Origin: a virus
Direction: 5' to 3' (one strand)
Length of the DNA: 35,783 nt
UHGV virus genome: UHGV-0117379
The position numbers and the translations under genes were made by a program. How positions within the stretch are numbered: position 1 is the first letter of the stretch; each line of letters begins with the position of its first letter. The notes below the pieces were generated by a model. It had not been told where the DNA came from. It was given only the letters and a program-made list of their open reading frames with translations, and searched no databases. Positions 27,812 to 35,783 of the stretch are shown here, piece by piece.

Positions 27812-27822
27812 GTTTAAGAAAA
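27797..27822. repeat. Invertase crossover site (hix/gix-like, right), next to the invertase gene
   Basis: TTCTCCCAAACCAACGTTTAAGAAAA resembles the Hin/Gin 26-bp site as I remember it (TTCTTGAAAACCAAGGTTTTTGATAA); central AA. Confidence 0.6.
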
Positions 27823-27877
27823 TGCAGAGGTAACAGCTAACTGGCATCATCTCCGGTTTTTATTCAGGGGGATGATC

Positions 27878-28444
27878 ATGCTTATTGGCTATGTACGCGT
27901 GTCAACAAATGACCAGAACACCGATTTGCAACGTAATGCACTGAACTGCGCGGGATGTGAGCGGATTTTTGAGGACAAAATCAGTGGCACTAAGTCCGAC
28001 AGACCGGGGCTGAAAAAACTACTCAGGACACTATCGGCAGGAGACACGCTGGTTGTCTGGAAGCTGGACAGGTTGGGGCGCAGTATGCGGCATCTTGTTA
28101 CGCTGATAGAAGAGTTGCGCCAGCGTGGTGTGAATTTCAGAAGCCTGACTGACAGTATTGATACCAGTACCCCAATGGGCCGTTTCTTTTTTCATGTCAT
28201 GGGTGCCCTAGCTGAAATGGAACGCGAACTGATAGTTGAACGTACCAGGGCGGGGCTGGCTGCAGCTCGTGATAAAGGCAGAGTAGGTGGACGCCGTCCT
28301 AAGTTGACCACCGAACAGTGGGCACAGATTGGACGCTTACTCGAGGCCGGAGAATCAAGACAGCGTATTGCACTGATTTTTGATGTGGGTGTTTCCACAA
28401 TTTATAGAAAATTTCCGGCAAATAAGAGTAATGAATCCCCCTGA
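27878..28444 (+). CDS. Serine recombinase DNA invertase (Hin/Gin/Cin/Pin family)
   Basis: MLIGYVRVSTNDQNTDLQRNAL... is near-identical in pattern to the Gin/Hin N-terminus including the catalytic Ser region; ATG 27878 preferred over 27872 on RBS spacing. Confidence 0.9.
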   Translation: MLIGYVRVSTNDQNTDLQRNALNCAGCERIFEDKISGTKSDRPGLKKLLRTLSAGDTLVVWKLDRLGRSMRHLVTLIEELRQRGVNFRSLTDSIDTSTPMGRFFFHVMGALAEMERELIVERTRAGLAAARDKGRVGGRRPKLTTEQWAQIGRLLEAGESRQRIALIFDVGVSTIYRKFPANKSNESP

Positions 28445-28492
28445 ATCAGCATTATGTTGATTATCCCTGCAAGCAGACAAATACCGTTATTT

Positions 28493-28510
28493 TGTGTGAA
28501 TAACGACACA
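28493..28510. promoter_or_regulatory. Ogr-type late-promoter dyad TGT-N12-ACA upstream of FI
   Basis: TGTgtgaataacgacACA read directly; centre about 85 bp upstream of the FI ATG. Confidence 0.5.
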
Positions 28511-28586
28511 ACTGCGCTTAGCTGTTTGTCAGGCACAATCACTTCAACATAGGGCGAAGCCTAATCCAATCAGGAGGTTCGCCACT

Positions 28587-29759
28587 ATGGCTCAGGATTA
28601 CCACCACGGGGTGCGCGTTGTTGAAGTCAACGAAGGCACCCGATCTATTACCACGGTGAGCACCGCCATCGTGGGTATGGTCTGCACGGGCGATGATGCC
28701 GATGCAAAAATGTTTCCTCTTAATAAACCCGTGCTGATCACTGATGTGCTGACTGCCAGCGGTAAAGCGGGTGAGTCCGGTACTCTGGCCCGTTCGCTGG
28801 ATGCCATCGCTGACCAGGCAAAACCCGTGACCATTGTTGTGCGTGTGCCGCAGGGTGAAACGGAAGACGAAACCACGACCAATATCATCGGCGCAGTGAC
28901 TGCTGAAGGTAAAAAAACAGGTATGAAAGCCCTGTTATCTGCCCAGTCACAGCTCGGCGTTAAACCGCGCATTCTCGGCGTGCCAGGCCACGACACCAAG
29001 GCGGTAGCTACTGAGTTGCTGAGCGTGGCGCAAAGCCTGCGTGGATTTGCTTACCTGTCAGCGTATGGCTGCAAGACAGTGCAGGAGGCGATCACTTACC
29101 GCGAAAACTTCAGCCAGCGCGAAGGGATGCTGATCTGGCCTGACTTTACTGGCTGGGACACGGTGCTGAATGCCGAAGCAACGGCATATGCCACCGCCCG
29201 TGCGCTTGGTCTGCGCGCCAAAATTGACGAGCAGACCGGATGGCACAAAAGCCTGTCCAATGTGGGCGTGAACGGTGTCACCGGAATTTCTGCAGATGTG
29301 TTCTGGGATCTGCAGGACCCGGCAACCGATGCAGGTCTGCTGAACCAGAACGACGTCACCACGCTTGTGCGTAAAGACGGTTTCCGCTTCTGGGGGTCCC
29401 GCTGCCTGAGTGATGACCCGCTCTTTGCCTTCGAAAACTACACCCGCACGGCGCAGGTGCTGACGGACACGATGGCAGAAGCACACATGTGGGCGGTGGA
29501 TAAACCGCTTAACCCGTCGCTGGCCCGCGACATTATCGAAGGTATCCGCGCCAAAATGCGCAGACTGGTCAGTCAGGGCTATCTCATTGGTGGTGATTGC
29601 TGGCTGGATGAGTCGGTGAACGACAAAGACACGCTGAAAGCCGGAAAACTCACCATCGACTACGACTACACGCCAGTGCCGCCACTTGAAAACCTGATGC
29701 TGCGTCAGCGCATCACCGATCAGTACCTGGTGAATTTCGCCAGCCAGGTCAGCGCGTAA
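28587..29759 (+). CDS. FI: Tail sheath protein (P2 gpFI-like)
   Basis: 390 aa, CAGGAGG RBS; position and size match P2 FI. Confidence 0.85.
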   Translation: MAQDYHHGVRVVEVNEGTRSITTVSTAIVGMVCTGDDADAKMFPLNKPVLITDVLTASGKAGESGTLARSLDAIADQAKPVTIVVRVPQGETEDETTTNIIGAVTAEGKKTGMKALLSAQSQLGVKPRILGVPGHDTKAVATELLSVAQSLRGFAYLSAYGCKTVQEAITYRENFSQREGMLIWPDFTGWDTVLNAEATAYATARALGLRAKIDEQTGWHKSLSNVGVNGVTGISADVFWDLQDPATDAGLLNQNDVTTLVRKDGFRFWGSRCLSDDPLFAFENYTRTAQVLTDTMAEAHMWAVDKPLNPSLARDIIEGIRAKMRRLVSQGYLIGGDCWLDESVNDKDTLKAGKLTIDYDYTPVPPLENLMLRQRITDQYLVNFASQVSA

Positions 29760-29768
29760 GGGGACAAC

Positions 29769-30284
29769 ATGGCTTTACCACGCAAATTAAAACACCTGAA
29801 CCTGTTTAACGACGGGAACAACTGGCAGGGGATCGTTGAGTCGCTGACGCTGCCGAAATTTACCCGCAAATATGAGAAGTATCGCGGCGGCGGAATGCCG
29901 GGTGCGGTGGATGTGGATCTGGGGCTTGATGACAGTGCGCTGGACACAGAATTTTCCATTGGTGGTACTGAATTGCTGCTGTTTAAACAGATGGGTAAAG
30001 CCACGGTGGATGGCATCCAGCTGCGCTTTACCGGCTCTATTCAGCGTGACGATACCGGGGAAGTGCAGGCCGTGGAGCTTGTCGTGCGTGGACGTCACAA
30101 AGAAGTGGATTCCGGCGAGTGGAAGACGGGCGAAAGCAACACCACCAAAGTGACCAGTACCAACAGCTACGCGAAGCTGACCATCAATGGTGAGGTGCTC
30201 TATGAAGTGGACCTTATCAACATGGTGGAAATTGTGGACGGTGTGGACCTGATGGAAGCGCACCGCAACGCCCTCGGCCTCTGA
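29769..30284 (+). CDS. FII: Tail tube protein (P2 gpFII-like)
   Basis: 171 aa directly after the sheath gene. Confidence 0.85.
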   Translation: MALPRKLKHLNLFNDGNNWQGIVESLTLPKFTRKYEKYRGGGMPGAVDVDLGLDDSALDTEFSIGGTELLLFKQMGKATVDGIQLRFTGSIQRDDTGEVQAVELVVRGRHKEVDSGEWKTGESNTTKVTSTNSYAKLTINGEVLYEVDLINMVEIVDGVDLMEAHRNALGL

Positions 30285-30338
30285 TATATCTGAACGGCGC
30301 GGGATACCGCGCCAGAACCCAATTGACAGGACAGCAAA

Positions 30339-30641
30339 ATGAGCGATAAGCAGACTGAAAAGACCATTCAACTGGATACCCCCATCAAGCGCGGTAAAAC
30401 AGAAATCACCGAAATTGTGCTGCGTAAACCGCAGTCCGGTGCGCTGCGCGGTACACGCCTGCAGGCCATTATGGATATGGATGTAAACGCGATGATGACC
30501 GTGATCCCCCGCATCTCCAGTCCGGCACTGACTGCACAGGAAATTGCAGAGATGGACCCGGCAGATCTCACTGCCATGTCGGTTGAGGTTGTCACTTTTT
30601 TGTTGAAGAAGTCGGTGCTTGCCGGTTTACCGACAGCCTGA
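30339..30641 (+). CDS. E: Tail assembly chaperone E (P2 gpE-like)
   Basis: 100 aa; slippery TTTTTTG near the 3' end. Confidence 0.75.
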   Translation: MSDKQTEKTIQLDTPIKRGKTEITEIVLRKPQSGALRGTRLQAIMDMDVNAMMTVIPRISSPALTAQEIAEMDPADLTAMSVEVVTFLLKKSVLAGLPTA

Positions 30642-30775
30642 CGGTTGACGATCTGGTGGCAGATATCGCCACCATTTTTCACTGGCCGCCATCCGTTACT
30701 GACGTTATGCCGCTGACCGAAGTGCTGGAATGGCGGTATAAAGCGATTCAGAGAAGCGGGGCCAACGATGAGTGA
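30339..30775 (+). CDS. E+E' product of a -1 programmed frameshift at TTTTTTG (30596-30602)
   Basis: The -1 frame is open from the slip site to TGA at 30773-30775, overlapping the T start (ATG 30768), as in P2 E/E'. Confidence 0.55.
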
Positions 30776-33700
30776 TAACAACCTGCGTCTGCAGGTCATT
30801 CTTAATGCGGTTGACAAGCTCACCCGCCCATTTCGATCTGCGCAGGCCAGTTCAAGAGAACTGGCTGCTGCTGTCAAAAAATCCCGCGATGCAATAAAGC
30901 AGCTTGATCAGGCCGGGAGCAGTCTGGACAGCTTCCGAAAGCTGCAGGCAGAAAATCAGAAATTAGGCGACAGGCTGAACTATGCCCGCCAGCGTGCAAA
31001 TTTGCTCAGTCAGGAACTGGGAGCGATGGGGCCGCCTTCGCAACGTCAGGTTGTTGCTCTGGGCCGTCAACGGCTGGCTGTTCAGCGCCTGGAAGAACGC
31101 CAGAAAAAGCTGCAGCAGCAGACGGCGCTTGTGCGTGCTGAACTGTACCGGGCGGGAATTTCTGCGAAAGACGATGCGGGAGCAACTGCCCGTTTAGCCC
31201 GTGAAACATCACGTTATAACCAGGAACTTTCGAAACAGGAGGCGCGGCTGAAGCGACTGGGGGAAGCTCAGCGCAGGATGAATGCAGCGCGTGCCAGTTA
31301 TGCCCGTTCGCTGGAGGTGCGTGATCGTATTGCAGGTGCCGGAGCCACCACCACGGCTGCAGGGCTGGCAATGGGTGCGCCAGTGATGGCGGCAGTAAAA
31401 AGCTATACCAGCATGGAAGATGCCATGAAAGGTGTGGCAAAGCAGGTCAATGGTCTGCGTGACGATAATGGCAACCGCACTGCACGTTTTTATGAAATGC
31501 AGGATGCCATCAAGGCTGCCAGCGAACAGTTGCCGATGGAAAACGGTGCGGTGGACTTCGCTGCACTGGTTGAAGGTGGTGCGCGCATGAACGTCGCAAA
31601 CCCTGACGACAGCTGGGAAGATCAGAAACGTGACCTGCTGGCCTTCGCCAGTACGGCAGCAAAGGCGGCAACAGCCTTTGAGCTGCCAGCGGATGAACTG
31701 TCAGAAAGTCTGGGGAAAATCGCCCAGCTCTACAAAATCCCCACCCGCAATATTGAACAGCTCGGTGATGCGCTGAACTATCTGGATGATAACGCCATGT
31801 CGAAAGGGGCAGACATCATTGATGTGATGCAACGTCTGGGCGGTGTGGCTGACCGTCTGGATTATCGTAAAGCGGCGGCGCTGGGTTCCACCTTCCTGAC
31901 ACTGGGCGCTGCGCCAGAGGTTGCAGCCAGTGCAGCAAACGCGATGGTGCGTGAATTGTCCATTGCCACCATGCAAAGCAAGAGTTTCTTTGAAGGGATG
32001 AATCTGCTGAAACTCAATCCTGAAGTGATTGAAAAGCAGATGACGAAGGATGCGATGGGAACCATCCAGCGCGTGCTGGAGAAGGTAAACGCGCTGCCGC
32101 AGGACAAGCGCCTGTCTGCCATGACTATGTTGTTTGGTAAAGAGTTTGGCGATGACGCGGCGAAACTGGCAAACAACCTGCCGGAACTGCAGCGTCAGTT
32201 AAAACTGACAGCGGGCAATGATGCGCTCGGCTCCATGCAGAAAGAATCCGACATTAACAAGGATTCACTTTCTGCGCAGTGGTTGCTGGTCAAAACCGGA
32301 GCGCAGAACACCTTCAGCAGCCTGGGCGAAACGCTGCGCCAGCCGCTGATGGATATTCTGTACACGGTGAAAAGCGTCACGGGGGCGTTGCGTCGCTGGG
32401 TGGAAGCTAACCCGGAACTGACAGGCACACTGATGAAAGCATCGGCTGTTGTGGCTGCGGTTACCGTCGGCCTCGGCACCTTAGCGGTGGCGCTGGCTGC
32501 AGTGCTGGGGCCGCTGGCAGTGATCCGTCTGGGATTCTCTGTGTTGGGTATCAAAACGTTATCTTCCGTTACGGCAGCAGTAACTCGAACCAGCAGCGCG
32601 TTGTCCTGGCTGGCTGGCGCACCACTGGCACTGCTGCGACGCGGGCTTGCTTCATCGGGCAACGCCGCAGGTTTACTTACTGCGCCGTTGTCGTCTTTGC
32701 GCCGCACGGCATCACTGACGGGAAATGTCCTGAAAACTGTAGCAGGTGCGCCGGTTGCACTTTTGCGGTCTGGATTATCCGGTTTACGTGCTGTTGCTGT
32801 GATGTTTATGAATCCTCTGGCGGTACTGCGCGGTGGACTGGCCGCCGCAGGCACGGTGCTGCGAGTACTGGCATCTGGTCCACTGGCGATGCTGCGCGTT
32901 GCCCTGTATGCCATATCTGGTCTGTTAGGTGCTCTGCTCAGTCCGATAGGTCTTGTGGTTACTGCACTGGCGGGCGTGGCGCTGGTTGTCTGGAAATACT
33001 GGCAACCCATCACCGCATTTCTCGGTGGCGTGGTGGAAGGATTCAAAGCGGCGGCAGGTCCCATCAGTGCAGCGTTCGAACCGCTTAAGCCCGTGTTCCA
33101 GTGGATTGGCGACAAAGTGCAGGCGCTGTGGGGCTGGTTTACTGATCTGCTGACGCCCGTTAAGTCGACCTCTGCCGAACTGCAGAGCGCAGCGGCAATG
33201 GGGCGGCGATTCGGGGAGGCACTGGCGGAAGGGCTGAATATGGTCATGCATCCGCTGGACTCCCTGAAATCCGGCGTTTCCTGGTTGCTGGAGAAGCTCG
33301 GCATTGTCAGTAAAGAGGCCGCAAAGGCAAAACTGCCGGAAAGCGTGACGCGTCAGCAACCTGCGACGGTGAATGCAGACGGTAAAGTGATGATGCCATC
33401 GGGTGGTTTTCCATCATGGGGATATGGCTTTGCGGGGATGTATGACAGCGGCGGGTATATCCCGCGCGGGCAGTTTGGCATCGTCGGTGAAAACGGGCCG
33501 GAAATTGTTAACGGCCCGGCAAATGTGACCAGCCGGAGAAATACAGCTGCACTGGCTGCCGTTGTTGCCGGAATGATGGGCGTTGCTGCCGCGCCAGCAG
33601 AGCTTCCACCGTTGCACCCTTTGGCACTTCCCGCGAAAGGTGGAGAAGCAATTGTGAGTCGCGCAGCCACTGTGCCGCTCGTTCAACGGATTGAGGCACC

Positions 33701-33845
33701 GACGCAGATCATCATTCAGACGCAGCCAGGACAAAGTGCGCAGGATATTGCGCGGGAGGTGGAACGCCAGCTTGATGAACGTGAACGCAGGCTGAAGGCA
33801 AAAGCCAGGAGTAACTACAGCGATCAGGGGGGATACGACGCATGA
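30768..33845 (+). CDS. T: Tail tape measure protein (P2 gpT-like)
   Basis: 1025 aa, coiled-coil-rich N-terminus and Ala/Leu/Gly-rich repeats. Confidence 0.85.
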   Translation: MSDNNLRLQVILNAVDKLTRPFRSAQASSRELAAAVKKSRDAIKQLDQAGSSLDSFRKLQAENQKLGDRLNYARQRANLLSQELGAMGPPSQRQVVALGRQRLAVQRLEERQKKLQQQTALVRAELYRAGISAKDDAGATARLARETSRYNQELSKQEARLKRLGEAQRRMNAARASYARSLEVRDRIAGAGATTTAAGLAMGAPVMAAVKSYTSMEDAMKGVAKQVNGLRDDNGNRTARFYEMQDAIKAASEQLPMENGAVDFAALVEGGARMNVANPDDSWEDQKRDLLAFASTAAKAATAFELPADELSESLGKIAQLYKIPTRNIEQLGDALNYLDDNAMSKGADIIDVMQRLGGVADRLDYRKAAALGSTFLTLGAAPEVAASAANAMVRELSIATMQSKSFFEGMNLLKLNPEVIEKQMTKDAMGTIQRVLEKVNALPQDKRLSAMTMLFGKEFGDDAAKLANNLPELQRQLKLTAGNDALGSMQKESDINKDSLSAQWLLVKTGAQNTFSSLGETLRQPLMDILYTVKSVTGALRRWVEANPELTGTLMKASAVVAAVTVGLGTLAVALAAVLGPLAVIRLGFSVLGIKTLSSVTAAVTRTSSALSWLAGAPLALLRRGLASSGNAAGLLTAPLSSLRRTASLTGNVLKTVAGAPVALLRSGLSGLRAVAVMFMNPLAVLRGGLAAAGTVLRVLASGPLAMLRVALYAISGLLGALLSPIGLVVTALAGVALVVWKYWQPITAFLGGVVEGFKAAAGPISAAFEPLKPVFQWIGDKVQALWGWFTDLLTPVKSTSAELQSAAAMGRRFGEALAEGLNMVMHPLDSLKSGVSWLLEKLGIVSKEAAKAKLPESVTRQQPATVNADGKVMMPSGGFPSWGYGFAGMYDSGGYIPRGQFGIVGENGPEIVNGPANVTSRRNTAALAAVVAGMMGVAAAPAELPPLHPLALPAKGGEAIVSRAATVPLVQRIEAPTQIIIQTQPGQSAQDIAREVERQLDERERRLKAKARSNYSDQGGYDA

Positions 33846-34327
33846 TGATGGTGCTGGGATTGTACGTGTTTATGCTGCGCACCGTTCCGTATCAGGAACT
33901 GCAGTATCAACGCAGCTGGCGACATGCGGCAAACAGTCGGGTAAACCGACGTCCGTCCACGCAGTTTCTGGGACCGGAAAACGACATGCTGACGCTTTCC
34001 GGTGTTCTTATGCCGGAAATAACAGGCGGCAGGCTGTCGTTGCTGGCACTGGAGCAGATGGCAGAACAGGGGAAAGCATGGCCCCTGATTGAAGGCAGCG
34101 GCACGATTTACGGCATGTATGTGATTGAGGGACTGAATCAGACTAAAACGGAGTTTTTCCGCGATGGTATGCCGCGCCGGATTGAGTTCACCCTGTCGCT
34201 CAAACGGGTGGATGAATCCCTGTCCGATATGTTCGGTGATCTCAGTGCGCAGCTGAATAATTTGCAGGATACGACAACGTCTGCCTTAAGCGATATCAGT
34301 AAAACGGTGGGAGGGCTGCTGTCGTGA
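33842..34327 (+). CDS. U: Tail protein U (P2 gpU-like)
   Basis: 161 aa, start overlaps the T stop. Confidence 0.8.
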   Translation: MMMVLGLYVFMLRTVPYQELQYQRSWRHAANSRVNRRPSTQFLGPENDMLTLSGVLMPEITGGRLSLLALEQMAEQGKAWPLIEGSGTIYGMYVIEGLNQTKTEFFRDGMPRRIEFTLSLKRVDESLSDMFGDLSAQLNNLQDTTTSALSDISKTVGGLLS

Positions 34328-35424
34328 ATTTCAGCTCTGAACTGCTTAACAAAGGCAACAAAACTCCGGCATTCAGCATCAGTATTGAGGGTAAGGATAT
34401 CACCACTGTGCTGGATAATCGCCTGATGAGTCTGACGCTGACGGACAATCGGGGCTTTGAAGCGGACCAGCTTGATCTGGAGCTGGACGACGCCGACGGA
34501 AAAATCGTGCTGCCGCGCCGTGGTGCGGTCATTACGCTGGCGTTGGGCTGGAAGGGGCAGTCGCTTTTCCCGAAAGGAGCATTCACGGTGGACGAGATTG
34601 AACACACTGGCGCACCGGACCGCCTGACTATCCGGGCGCGAAGTGCTGATTTTCGTGAAACCCTGAATACCCGCCGTGAAAAATCGTGGCACAAGACCAC
34701 CGTTGGGGAAGTGGTGAAGGAAATAGCTGCGCGGCACAAACTGAAGATGGCATTGGGTGAAGACCTGTCGGATAAACCTGTGGAGCATATAGACCAGACC
34801 AATGAGAGTGACGGCAGTTTTCTGATGCGGCTGGCGCGCCAGTACGGTGCTATTGCGTCGGTGAAAAATGGCAATCTGTTATTCATCCGGCAGGGACAGG
34901 GTAAAAGCGCCAGCGGTAAACCACTACCGGTTATCACTATCACACGTAAGGACGGCGACAGTCACCGCTTTACCCTGGCAGATCGCGGAGCCTACACGGG
35001 CGTAATTGCCAGCTGGTTGCATACCCGCGAACCCGCGAAGAAAGAAAGCACCACGGTGAAGCGTAAGCGCAGGACTAAGAAGCAGAAGAAAGAGCCGGAA
35101 GCGAAGCAGTGCGATTACCTGGTGGGTACAGATGAAAACGTGCTGGTACTTAATCACACCTATGCCAACCGGAGCAACGCCGAACGGGCGGCGAAAATGC
35201 AGTGGGAACGCCTGCAACGTGGCGTTGCGTCATTCTCGCTACAACTGGCAGAAGGTCGGGCGGATCTCTACACGGAAATGCCAGTGAAAGTCAGAGGCTT
35301 TAAACAGCCGATAGATGATGCGGAATGGACTATTACCACCCTGACGCATACTGTCAATCCGGATAACGGTTTTACGACCAGTCTGGAGCTTGAAGTGAAG
35401 ATTAATGATTTCGAAATGGAATGA
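34324..35424 (+). CDS. D: Tail protein D (P2 gpD-like)
   Basis: 366 aa, GTG start overlapping the U stop; last gene of the tail operon. Confidence 0.8.
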   Translation: MNFSSELLNKGNKTPAFSISIEGKDITTVLDNRLMSLTLTDNRGFEADQLDLELDDADGKIVLPRRGAVITLALGWKGQSLFPKGAFTVDEIEHTGAPDRLTIRARSADFRETLNTRREKSWHKTTVGEVVKEIAARHKLKMALGEDLSDKPVEHIDQTNESDGSFLMRLARQYGAIASVKNGNLLFIRQGQGKSASGKPLPVITITRKDGDSHRFTLADRGAYTGVIASWLHTREPAKKESTTVKRKRRTKKQKKEPEAKQCDYLVGTDENVLVLNHTYANRSNAERAAKMQWERLQRGVASFSLQLAEGRADLYTEMPVKVRGFKQPIDDAEWTITTLTHTVNPDNGFTTSLELEVKINDFEME

Positions 35425-35514
35425 TTCTTCGTAATAGAGAACTTTTAAGTTTTCAAAATGGAATAATGCGGTATCATTATTGTGAATTTAGCAAAAATGG
35501 GGAGAACTCGAAAA

Positions 35515-35733
35515 ATGATGATTTGCCCACTGTGTGGAAGTGCCGCCCATACTCGCAGCAGTTTTCAGGTATCTTCATTGACCAAAGAGCGTTACAACCA
35601 GTGCCAGAACATTAACTGCAGCCATACTTTTGTTACCCATGAAACTTTTGTTCGTTCGATTGCAACGCCAAAAGAGTCAAATCCGGTTCAGCCGCATCCA
35701 ATGAAATCAGGACAGGTGGCGCTCTCTCTTTGA
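35515..35733 (+). CDS. ogr: Ogr/Delta-family zinc-finger late-gene activator
   Basis: MMICPLCGSAAH...CQNINC matches the P2 Ogr CxxC...CxxC pattern; ATG 35515 follows GGGGAGA RBS (track ORF starts at GTG 35482). Confidence 0.8.
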   Translation: MMICPLCGSAAHTRSSFQVSSLTKERYNQCQNINCSHTFVTHETFVRSIATPKESNPVQPHPMKSGQVALSL

Positions 35734-35735
35734 CT

Positions 35736-35755
35736 CTGCCGCCAATTTGTCGCCA
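35736..35755. other. Candidate attR core (CTGCCGCCAATTTGTCGCCA)
   Basis: 19/20 match to 756-775; starts 2 nt after the ogr stop; only 28 nt of flank remain in the window. Confidence 0.45.
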
Positions 35756-35783
35756 TCGTTAAAAAACAGTGCTTCTAACATCA

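Larger units (their letters stand above)
756..35755. mobile_element. P2/186-like prophage, bounded by a 20-bp near-identical direct repeat
   Basis: Complete P2-like gene order from int to ogr; CTGCCGCCA(C/A)TTTGTCGCCA occurs at 756-775 and 35736-35755 (19/20), 34,980 bp apart, a typical P2-family genome size. Confidence 0.7.

Noticed and set aside
27812-27850. N-terminal extension (MMPVSCYLCIFLN) of ORF 27452..27850
   Set aside because: Lies beyond the crossover site; the cassette is promoterless and only expressed as a fusion to H after inversion.
32195-33304. 369-aa minus-strand ORF inside the tape measure gene
   Set aside because: Antisense to a long, well-supported gene in GC-rich DNA; low-complexity Ala/Ser/Pro/Arg-rich translation; no RBS context.
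34138-34943. Two minus-strand ORFs of about 215 aa inside gene D
   Set aside because: Antisense to a conserved tail gene; Arg/Ser-rich low-complexity translations.
1-35783. CRISPR array or other long tandem repeats
   Set aside because: No regularly spaced repeats of 25-40 bp seen; the only repeat structures are those listed as short direct or inverted repeats.

Overview
The window is an almost complete P2/186-like temperate myovirus prophage (about 35 kb), read by eye from the sequence and the ORF track with no database searches. Order: host TetR-family regulator gene (RcdA/YbjK-like) | candidate attL | integrase, CI-type repressor (minus strand) | Apl/Cox, CII, small early proteins, TraR-like zinc finger, DUF3850-like gene, Dam methyltransferase, replication initiator A | cargo region (LexA box + DinI/Tum-like unit, small protein + membrane protein pair, putative cos, KAP-family NTPase) | portal Q and terminase P (minus strand) | scaffold O, capsid N, terminase small subunit M, head completion L, X, holin, endolysin, spanins, R, S | a second cargo gene (503-aa P-loop NTPase) | baseplate V-W-J-I, tail fibre H with an invertible C-terminal cassette and Hin/Gin-type invertase | sheath FI, tube FII, E/E' frameshift chaperone, tape measure T, U, D, Ogr | candidate attR. 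The strongest candidates for an undescribed system are the two AT-rich P-loop NTPase morons (20820-22331 and 10666-12318) and the coupled small-protein/membrane-protein pair (9404-10464), all at positions where P2-like phages carry anti-phage cargo. Product names rest on motifs, remembered homology and P2/186 synteny; several start codons are adjusted from the ORF track, which includes TTG/GTG starts.
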